DNA of 64,000 nucleotides. It comes from Azolla caroliniana. Lineage: Eukaryota; Plantae; Polypodiophyta. Positions within the stretch are counted from its first letter, which is position 1; each line of letters begins with the position of its first letter. The notes beneath the pieces were generated by a model. The model did not search any database and had not been told where the DNA came from. It saw only the letters and a list, made by a program, of their open reading frames with translations. A program made the position numbers and the translations under genes. The DNA lies in contig JBHGNT010000009.1 in the NCBI GenBank assembly GCA_043228905.1, positions 10,602,001 to 10,666,000 of the forward strand, given 5' to 3'. Below, piece after piece: positions 51,421 to 60,389 of the stretch.

Positions 51421-51423
51421 TCC
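51367..51423 (-). promoter_or_regulatory. Candidate -1 ribosomal frameshift signal (slippery site plus H-type pseudoknot)
   Basis: G GAT TTT directly before the gag-PR TAG; 6-nt spacer; stems GGGCT/AGCCC and GGGGTT/AACCCC; pol is in the -1 frame. Confidence 0.75.
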
Positions 51424-53528
51424 TGGGAAAACTCTTCATCCATCTCTTGAATTGGATGTTCCCTCAAGCATTCTTTGTTTCTTTCATGGTTGGGCCTCAC
51501 GGTTAAGAATTGGACAGTCTTTCTTCCATCTTGACTCTTGATTCTCGCGAAAGCCGAACCATCATCAATAACCTTTGTTTCCATCCTCACTGCGGTGATG
51601 TAGGGCTGGCCAAGGATGACGGGGTAGGTTGATCGATCCTGCACAAAGAAATTTTGATTCACCGAGACATCACCAATTGTTACCTTCACACTAGGACATG
51701 CTCCGAATAGATCCTCCGTAGTTTCTGTGGCAGCTCTTATTTTCCACCCATGATTCTTGTCGATCGGCCATCGTCCTCGAGTGTAAAATTCCGATGACAT
51801 CATGTTAATCTCTGATCCATGATCAATCAAAGCAATACATGGAATTTGCTGCTCCCCAATTTTTGCAGGTGCCTCCGTTGTTGCTCGAGCCCAATGGTCC
51901 CTTGTATAGTGACTCCTATCCCCTTCATGGACGCCAACATCATTCTGGTTTTTTACACTTGCAGCATTGATGGTGCCACCATACAAATCTTGGAGTGTTG
52001 TTGCACACCCTCCCGTAATTTCCTCCGTCACCTGTCTCTTCCTTCTAATAATATCTATGATAACTTCATGAAATTCTTTCTTTGCTATACCCAACACTTC
52101 TCTTAAAGTAAATTCTACCTTACTATTTAATATTCTTGTTTCTAGTACCTTTTTTATATCCGTCGTTGTTTCTATGTCTGAGGCAAGCTTGAAAGATGGG
52201 CCTGTCTTTCCTTTTACTTTATCAGCTTCCTTCGGCTCAATAGCACCCTTTTCCATCTCCCTTCTCTTTTGTTCTCGTGTCTCATGTCTCTTTGTCGGAT
52301 CAGCTTCCTCAGCTCTCTTCCGCTTCTCTTCCACTAGCACATCTTGTGCATTCACTTGGGCGAATGCTGATAGCGCGTCTACTGGATCATTCCATCCAGT
52401 GAAGTTTCGTATTTCATCTCCCGCTCTTTTTAATTCATCCACTCGAACCTTCCCTTTTCTTGCATAATCCATCACATCTTGCCAAAAGCCAGATCCACCA
52501 TATGAGTCTTCTACGTGCAATCCTAAGGTTGCCACGGATTGTATCGCTTGAGTCGTTTCTCTCTCGGCATCTTCCATTAGCTTTTTCATTCCTCCTCGCC
52601 CAAAGTTGAGTTGAAGTGGTTGTCGAGTCTCAGTTGAGTGAATCTTGCCATCTTGATAGTAGATTTTATTATGATTAAGAGCATCCCTATGCTCTTGACA
52701 ATCTTTTTTCTGGTGGTCGATACTATCACACCACATACACCTTCGGACCATTCCACCTCCTTGCCTTGATGAAGTCGAGCTTTGTCCCGATTCTAGCTTC
52801 GTCACTTTGATCGACAAGTCTTTCATGCCTTTCACTAATTCGTGTAAGAGTGATTCTTCTACTTTCTTTTCTCCCGACTCGTTTCCCGTTTCTTCATCAT
52901 TTCTGTCGGGCAACTCCATAAACCATAACTTTCTTTTGCAGAAATGGGCGCACGCCCTTTTCACCTCCTCCCAATCTTCGGTAAGTCCACTTGGACTATT
53001 CTGATCTTCTAAAAGCATTCCCAAGTCCTTCCTGTCTTTAATATTAGTAGCTTGTAGAAACAATATTACTTTATCTGGCACTATTATATTTCTATCTCTA
53101 ACATTTAGTTGCTCAAATCTTTCAGAAAACTCTTTTAATACTTCCAAAACACTTAAATGTTTATTAGACTCTACCCAATCCATGAAAGCTCGCCTTGTCA
53201 TCCTTGACATATCGTTGAGGTTGTATTCATTGAGTAATGCCCTTTCGAATGTTGTCCATGTCTGATTCTCCCTTTGGAGCTCTTGGATCTTCTCTTGTAG
53301 CCCAATTGCAGCGACTCGACTAAAGCTATTAATTTTTGTAGCTTCGTCGACACCGCGTTTAAGCATTTCTTCATTATAAATCTTCAGAAATCTTGTTAAA
53401 TTTATACCTTCGAAGATTCCTACTCGTGCGAGAATATTGTCGACCGCTTTGTCGATGCTTGCCATCATCCCTTGTTCCCGCATCACTCGTTCCATCATCG
53501 TACACATAAGCCTCATTTGCTCCTCCAT
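51414..53528 (-). CDS. gag: G4 gag-protease
   Basis: 704-aa ORF; CMWCDSIDHQKKDC knuckle; retropepsin LIDHGSEIN...VILGQP. Confidence 0.93.
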   Translation of the reverse strand: MEEQMRLMCTMMERVMREQGMMASIDKAVDNILARVGIFEGINLTRFLKIYNEEMLKRGVDEATKINSFSRVAAIGLQEKIQELQRENQTWTTFERALLNEYNLNDMSRMTRRAFMDWVESNKHLSVLEVLKEFSERFEQLNVRDRNIIVPDKVILFLQATNIKDRKDLGMLLEDQNSPSGLTEDWEEVKRACAHFCKRKLWFMELPDRNDEETGNESGEKKVEESLLHELVKGMKDLSIKVTKLESGQSSTSSRQGGGMVRRCMWCDSIDHQKKDCQEHRDALNHNKIYYQDGKIHSTETRQPLQLNFGRGGMKKLMEDAERETTQAIQSVATLGLHVEDSYGGSGFWQDVMDYARKGKVRVDELKRAGDEIRNFTGWNDPVDALSAFAQVNAQDVLVEEKRKRAEEADPTKRHETREQKRREMEKGAIEPKEADKVKGKTGPSFKLASDIETTTDIKKVLETRILNSKVEFTLREVLGIAKKEFHEVIIDIIRRKRQVTEEITGGCATTLQDLYGGTINAASVKNQNDVGVHEGDRSHYTRDHWARATTEAPAKIGEQQIPCIALIDHGSEINMMSSEFYTRGRWPIDKNHGWKIRAATETTEDLFGACPSVKVTIGDVSVNQNFFVQDRSTYPVILGQPYITAVRMETKVIDDGSAFARIKSQDGRKTVQFLTVRPNHERNKECLREHPIQEMDEEFSQDF

Positions 53529-53702
53529 TTCTCCTCGTCGCCGCCTTCACGTCGGGTTCACCAAATGTGTCGGGGTAGTTGTGGTTCGTGCGGCGAAGTC
53601 GCGGGGACTAAGGTTAAGGGGAGTTGAAGAAACTTAAGTTTAATAAGGCTTGTATGCTGATGATAGAATGGTTAAGGATAGTAAGATGAAGAGTTACAAG
53701 TA

Positions 53703-53703
<1 letters not shown>

Positions 53704-53774
<71 letters not shown>
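53704..53774. repeat. (GT)n(GA)n microsatellite in the G4 5' LTR; shorter allele at about 47167-47203
   Basis: Directly visible; accounts for the 34-bp LTR length difference. Confidence 0.95.
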
Positions 53775-54643
53775 CGAGCATAGATAAAAGATAGAGACAA
53801 TGTATGATTCAAGAAAGAAGATTGAGACAAAGTATGATTCTAGAAAGAAGATTGAGACAAAGTATGATTCAAAGAACAAGAGTATATGATATAAACATGA
53901 TGTATATTAAAAATATAATATTTTACCAACTTTACAATCCTTGATCGCAAGATAAATCTTTTCAATACCGACCCTTGATTTGAACCCTCGACCTCAACTT
54001 CGAAACGAGAGGTTCTCCACCCAATGAGCTAGTCTTCTTCAATTGATTGTATTATTTTTTTACTCTCTCTTGATTCCTTCATTCCCTTTTGTTTTCCTTT
54101 CCTCTCTTTTTATAAGTATTTCCATGCATATGGTAATGTCATGCATGTAATGCATGAGTTACATCTGATGCATGATCGCCATTTGGCGCACATGCATTGC
54201 ATGTGATGCATGATAGCCATCATGCTCATTTGAGCTCCCATGTATTGGGATAAGTATAATGATGGATATAATCCTAAAACAAATAACCTAGCTTAGTGGT
54301 GTATGGTTTGTGCTTGATATACAAGGTTGAGGGTTCAAGTCCCTCAATTTTACTTAATACAATATATAGCTTCATTCTTATATCATGAAGCACATTTATT
54401 ATACACTTTTACAAATAAATAGCCTAGCCTAGTGGTATGTACATTGTACATCGTATATAAGGATGTGGGTTCAAGTCTCTTAAATATTATTAAATACAAC
54501 ATTTAAGCTCATTTTTATATTGTGAAGCACATTCTTCACGACAGCGCTCCCATCGCTCCTCCCCCTCACCTTCTCCTCCATCCTATCACAGAGCTCCAGC
54601 CCACCGCAACCACTAGTCTCCTCCCCACAAACCTACTCTAGCG

Positions 54644-57378
54644 ATGTCAATCTTCATCTCTACCGCCTTACGCTGATGGCTCGTGGAGAAACGCATGGAT
54701 GGGTACATCCAGGTCGCAGAGGCACCTCCACACCCGGATGCCATGGACATCGCCAGGAAGCTTAACATCGACACGGTCACCAACTCTTCCATCCGGAAAA
54801 AGTTGGACCTGTCATCGCTAGGCGAAAGGCATTTTGAAATCCCTCCTGCAGAGGCGCTGCAGAGATATTTTGGTCCATAATCCTCCTCCGCCAAGGCCTA
54901 TAGAACGAAGCAGATCCCGGATCCCTTCTTCCGTGAAGTCACCAAGTTCCTGTTAGAGGTCGGATGCGTACATGTCAACGCATATGGGATGCCCAAGCAG
55001 AAGGGGGGTATCATTATTGATACCTTTGAAGGGCGTGTGGTCGATTGGGGGGTCATCACAGGGCCGGAGTTAAGGGAAGGCATGCATGCGTATCAAGGAG
55101 GCAAGAAGCTCAGGCTGATCATACAACGGTACCTTACAGTGCTATTCCCACCCCGAGGCCTGGCGGCACCGCAGCCCAGCTGACCCACGCCTCCCCCTCG
55201 ATCCGCGAAGTGCAGGTTAGCGGAGTTAGCTCCCCAGAGTGGGAAGAGGAACCCCAACCCGCCCAGCCAGACACACGGACAACGCAGGAAGAATAGCCAG
55301 CACGCTCCGCGGAAGCAGCCCCAGAGCCAGACGTCGAAACACAACAGGATAGCCCCAAACCGAAACGGCGGAGGTTGGACAGGAAAGATGAGCGGGGATT
55401 GGTCAAAGACGTCCACACGACGGTAGAGACAACGACCAAAGGCGATGGGTCCGTAGCTACGGAGCCCAATACCACCTTCGAAATCATCCAAGAGCCACGG
55501 TTGATCATTACGACCCAATCACAACAAGGGAAAGCCGTATTGACGGCAGAAAGCGAGGTTTTGGCATATCTAGATATCATGGACACAACCCATGAGTTCA
55601 ACGCCCTCTTGTAGTTCGGAACCTCTTTTGAGCTCATGGAATTCCTGGCAATGCAACAAATAAAGGCCTCACAACGAATGGCCGAAGAGCACGCAGAGCG
55701 CCAAATGATCGAGCACGCCCTAACACAAATGGCGGAGAGCGACGATGAGGACTGGCTAGCCAAGGTCGGCAGACAGAGGAACACCAGTGTACGTCGAGTG
55801 GGGATAGAGCTACCCCCATTAAACACGGCCCTAGTCGAAGTCCACAGGGAACTGGCAAAGGTCAGCACGGGTGCCAAGGAGATGGCCATTAAAAATAAGA
55901 ATGTCTGGAAGAAGGTGAAACTGACCCAAGCCGAGCTGCAAAAAGCCAACGAACGCATCACGGAGTTGGAAACTAACGCGACTACGGCGCAACAGGCAAC
56001 TCTGCCACCAAACCAGGCCATCGACGCCTTGAAGGAAGAGATTGAGGTTCAGACCGCCATTGCCTCAAAAGGAAAAAGGGTCGTACAACTAGCGGAATCA
56101 AAAATTGACCGCCTTCGCACTGAACTTCGCCAATCCTCCGACATGGAAAAGGATATCCGGACTCACGGCCGGAAGGCAGTAAAAACCCTTGAAGAGAAAC
56201 TCGCTGTGGAGGTCGCTCAGTACACCCAAACAAAAGAAGAAAACGCCCAATTACAAGAGTAAGCGAAGAAGTCGGAGACAGCAATCGCGGGACTCCGGGC
56301 CTTACTGGAGAAAAAGAAGGTATGGTTCGACGAGCAGCTGGTGGGCGAACAGGAAAGAAGGTATCAGCTCGAAATCCACCTAAACAATGAAATGGGGAAA
56401 TTAGAAGAACTCCATGCGAAGGAAGCCTAGTTGTGGGCGGGCATGAAGAGCATGTACGAAGAAGCGGTGGCAGTTAGCTAGCAAGAAATTGCAAACCTCA
56501 AGAAGGCGGTAGAAGAAGCACGCAACCGCTGCCATGCCATCACAGACAACGTGCGTATCCTTCTCCAAACGAATCGGGAGAGGTTCACAATGCAATTGAA
56601 AACGGCGCTAGACAAAGGATGGATGGCGTGGGCAGCCCAGGTAGTGGAATTGCACGCGTATCGTGCGGACTGGGAGAACAGGCGAAAAGACGGTCGAGGC
56701 TTCGATAAACTCAATGAGGAGAGCATTGCGGCAGTACGCGAGGACCTAGCGCAGGACTATCGCGCGCTAGCGGACCAACATTCTAAAGAACTCGCGCAGC
56801 TCTTAGACGATTTTGGGGAAAGCCAGGAGGATCTGTTTTACCAAATCACACAAGCCGGCAGCACGCGAACTAATGAGGAATCCGTCGCGCCACCAATTCC
56901 GGACACTGCCGAAGAAGAGGAACCTCAGGCCAAGTCCCCCGACATTACAACTACGGTGAACAGCAAGGAACGACGAGTGGGGTCCCCCACATTACCAAAC
57001 AGCGAAACCACGGCCCAAGAGGAACCCCATCTCTCGGAGCTTATGCTAGCAGCCGACCACACGGAGAACATTGCGGACCCAGCGAAACCGCAACCCCACT
57101 CCCCGGAGCGTACAACGACGGCCGACACCACGGAGCGACTGACAGAGGAGACAAAGCCGCGACCGACCGCACGCCTGCCGACGGCTAAGCTCAACACCCT
57201 AGCCCAAGAAGAGCCCACAGAACCCGGACCGCCCACATAGGACGATCGCGACACCAGGAGGAGCCCTTCTGACCACACAGGGGACCTACACCACAATGCA
57301 CCTACAGGCCCTACGCCGTCCCCAAACGCGGACACCGTAGCAGAGCCAAACATCCGGGACATTTGCGAAGAAGATTAA
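54644..57378 (+). pseudogene. Extra ORF of E3 after integrase (about 900 aa, long coiled coil), with several stops and one frameshift
   Basis: Collinear ORF pieces at 54683, 54989, 55375, 55636 and 56551; E/K/Q/A/L-rich heptad-like region; divergent homolog in E2. Confidence 0.8.
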
Positions 57379-57384
57379 CGGGAT

Positions 57385-57423
57385 GGGTCCGACGTGCCAG
57401 GGCACTGTCCCACAGGCGTGTCA
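57385..57423 (+). other. tRNA 3'-end-like motif at the PPT position of E3 (also in E1 and E2)
   Basis: GGGTCCGACGTGCCAGGGCACTGTCCCACAGGCGTGTCA-GG-LTR; no purine tract present. Confidence 0.75.
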
Positions 57424-59344
57424 GGTGTTGTCCGCCGGAATAGTAACCGACCGACAAGAGCGCAGGAATAGGAAATAGTATATATAAGATTGTAACGCAT
57501 GTAACGGTTCACGCGGGAAGCGTGAACGGCTAAAAGACCCTGCGTATATAAAGGGCAGAAAACCTCTGATAGAGGGAGCGTGTAATTTTGGAATGTAAAG
57601 AAGTGTATCGTAATAGAATTCTATCTTCTCTTATATCTATGTATAGCTATGGCTAATCTACTGTGTGTCTGGAATACCTGAGAGTGTAGAAGTAAGAAAG
57701 TGAGCATGTAACCACTATTAAGGGGTTGGTTGTAGTCGTCTCCCTTATACGCTGCTAGGTTACGAGGAACATACCCCTACGTATTACGCACAGACGCCAC
57801 CATTTGTTGTTTCACAGTCACTTGGAGGTCTAGGTCGAAGGACTGACCGCAGACCGTGTTCCTAATCGGTAACAAAGGGCAGCGAAAGAAGTGCCAGCAC
57901 CGTGACAGCAAGGGAGCTGAGAAGGGCCACATGAGCAGACAAGCCGACCGGAAGGGTCGAGGTGCGCAGAATCAAACGGGTCGAGGAGCGCGTGCGAGGC
58001 GTGAAGCCAGGAGAAGCTGGTGCGAAGATCCGGAAGAGCAGGTGGAACCTCAAGTTGAGCTTGAGGGGGAGTGTTGAGATACAAGCTCAACATTGGGTGT
58101 GTAACCCAATGCGTAGACTGGGTGCATAAAACTATACGCACAAAGGCCGTAATGGTGCGTACGCCGAGAGGCCGTTAGAACGTTATTCCTCGTAAGGAAT
58201 AATTTTGGGAGTTAGTGTAGGAGGCTCATTAATGAGCATTGAAGTATGTGTCAGTACTCTATTAGTACTTCTGTCTGTCCATAAGGACTTGTGTATAAAA
58301 AGTGTCGATTGAGCGCATCTTGCATAGAGTGACTGAGAGTTATTTTTGAATCTAAGTTTTGTGTATTCTGCTCACTCTCTCTCTCATTCTGTCTCTCCTA
58401 CATACGTTGTGTCGTGTTCAAAGCTTTCCATTAAACCTTGTCTTCGTCATCTGTGTTACATGGTTGTGTGTGTTACGCTTCCACACACGCTATTCTTTTA
58501 CATGCTCTTCCTCCATTTTGGCCGTTGTCGCTACTTGTTGCCTAGCTAGGTGATCTACTAGCTTGAATGATGTCCCAATTTGCAATAAGGCCTCCATCTC
58601 CTACGCTTCTAGTGGGATATTTGGGTAGCAAAGGATTGTGTGTCCTCGGAGATTCAGGAAGCTTGTCCTTCTTGTGCTTTCCCCATCCACGTGGTGGTTG
58701 TGTCGGTTATTGGTGCCAATGTTTGTTCCTGCTCCACCAGTACTATTGTTGCCACCCCATCATCTGTTTGCTGGTTGCTTACTATTTCGGTGCTTCTTGC
58801 CTTGGCTTCTTTGGACAATCCTTGACCGTTCTTCCTATCCATGTGCCATTTCTTCGGTTTAACGTTTTGCCCTGCCACTTATTTTTTCGTCTTCTCGCCT
58901 CGTTTTCGAATGGTGAAGTCACTCTCCGCACTTCCTGTTGGCTTTTGTGACTCCATTTGCCTTGACTTCCTACCTAGAGTCATTGGTTTGGCGTTAGCCA
59001 ATGCCTTTTGTTGGGCCGATGACTCGTTTTGCGCTTGACCCAAGGTGTCCTCTTCCTCCCATTCAACTTGTTGCCTGCATGATAGGCACTGCTTCTTTCT
59101 AGGTAGCGATCGCGACATTGGCAATTTCTTCTCAGTAAGGCTAGGCATGTTGGGTATAATTCGACTAGGTATTGTGCCATGATAGGCAATACCTTTTTGC
59201 CTGCCTGCAAAGAGAGGATGTTTGCCCGTAATGAAGATTGAATATGTGCGGAAAAGTATGTGTGTGGATATGTCGTAGTGTTCAGCAAACAACACAGAAG
59301 GAAGGCAAGAGAATAAATAGAGAATGGAAGCATCTGCCTCTTCT

Positions 59345-59672
59345 AGTTCGCAGGTATGCACCGCTCTCGCCACCATCAGTCACTCCACCCACACCATCTT
59401 GTTAGACTCTGGTAGTAATATCTCTTCCATTAGCACTACCTTAGTTCACCAATTAGGCCTCCCCACATCCACTGCTCTTTCCATCCAAGCCCGTTTTGGT
59501 GATCACCAACATCTATACCACTCTCACACACAAGCCCACTGCACCTTCACCTTAGGCACTCTCATCTTCTCACACCACTTTTATGTCTTGCCCCAACAAC
59601 TCTTCCCCGTCACCTTAGGTTGCGATTGGTACCTCAAGCGTCGCGCTGTGATTGATTTCAATGCCCACAAAC
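59345..59672 (+). pseudogene. Gypsy retropepsin (aspartic protease) fragment, interrupted by C7
   Basis: ILLDSGSNISSIS...FYVLP...VTLGCDW...IDF motif pattern. Confidence 0.8.
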
Positions 59673-60129
59673 TGTTGAAAAAACCGTGCTCGGCCACAGC
59701 CAAGGAATAGGATCAACTCTCAGAAAACAGGAAATACAACAATGCACGAAAACAATAGAGAGAGGGGCACACTGAAATGGGAAAAAAACCACGGGAGTGC
59801 AAGACTCCAACTATCACTATACACGGAATGTACAATGGCGAGCTGCAAGGCGACGACCTTGAGCTCGCTGTCCTCGCCACAGGCGGCGGTATTACACAGA
59901 GGCGTCGACCTCTTCCTTCCTCCTTCTCTTTCACTCTCTCTCGGCTGCTCTCACTTCGCTCCCTCTTAGTGAAAACAGAAGATGAGCAACAACAATAAAC
60001 TGTTTGCCCTAAGTCATATTTATACACATATGACTTTCGGGCTATTTACAAGTATAGCCTCAAAGGGCTCTTGGCAAACATATTCACAAATATGTCCCCG
60101 CATCCGGATCTCTCTCCGGGTACATTCGT

Positions 60130-60336
60130 CATCCGGCTCCGTAACCGGGGTCTTCAGCATCCGGCTCCGTAACCGGGGTTTTCAGCATCCGGCTCCGTAA
60201 CCGGGGTCTTCAGCATCCGGCTCCGTAATCGGGGTTTTCAGCATCCGGCTCCGTAACCGGGGTCTTCAGCATCCGGCTCCGTAACCGGGGTCTTCAGCAT
60301 CCGGCTCCGTAACCGGGGTCTTCAGCATCCGGCTCC
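60130..60336. repeat. 28-bp tandem repeat, 7 copies plus a partial, in U3 of the C7 LTR
   Basis: Unit CATCCGGCTCCGTAACCGGGGTCTTCAG; copies are near-identical. Confidence 0.95.
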
Positions 60337-60389
60337 CGGACATCCGACCATCCCATCCGGAGGGACCGTAATCCCAACAAACTCCCCCT

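Larger units (their letters stand above)
47031..54543 (-). mobile_element. Young intact tRNA-Trp-primed non-chromovirus Gypsy G4 (3' LTR 47031-47972, 5' LTR 53568-54543)
   Basis: LTRs look identical apart from (GT)n length; 4-bp TSD GCGC; PBS TGGTGAACCCGACGTG (53563-53548); PPT GAGGGGGTGGG (47983-47973). Confidence 0.96.
40942..57874 (+). mobile_element. Full-length extra-ORF Gypsy E3 (449-bp LTRs 40942-41390 and 57426-57874), nested in the C6 Pol tail
   Basis: TSD AAGGG; LTRs differ at roughly 17 positions by eye; domain order gag-PR-RT-RH-INT-extra ORF; no chromodomain seen. Confidence 0.95.
35877..58502 (+). mobile_element. Bryco-like Copia C6 (LTRs 35877-36319 and 58072-58502), decayed gag-pol 36402-40941 plus 57880-58077
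   Basis: TSD TGCTC; PBS TGGTATTAGAGC at 36320; PPT 58063-58071. The 5' LTR start has mutated to GGCTG. Confidence 0.93.
15181..59245 (-). pseudogene. Extra coiled-coil ORF of E2, split into four pieces (about 59245-58508, 35876-35085, 31915-31494, 15627-15181)
   Basis: The pieces are collinear with the ORF at 54644-57378: LQAGKKVLPIMAQYL/YQGGKKLRLIIQRYL, GTSFKLVDHLARQQ/GTSFELMEFLAMQQ, NMALVEVHQELA/NTALVEVHRELA, EKGWEAW/DKGWMAW, EPNILHIFDEA*/EPNIRDICEED*. Confidence 0.8.

Noticed and set aside
55636-57240. Host SMC/myosin-like gene
   Set aside because: It lies between paired LTRs with a TSD, has no introns, and has a homolog in another retroelement.
60130-60336. CRISPR-like array
   Set aside because: Contiguous 28-bp tandem units with no spacers and no cas genes; it lies inside an LTR.
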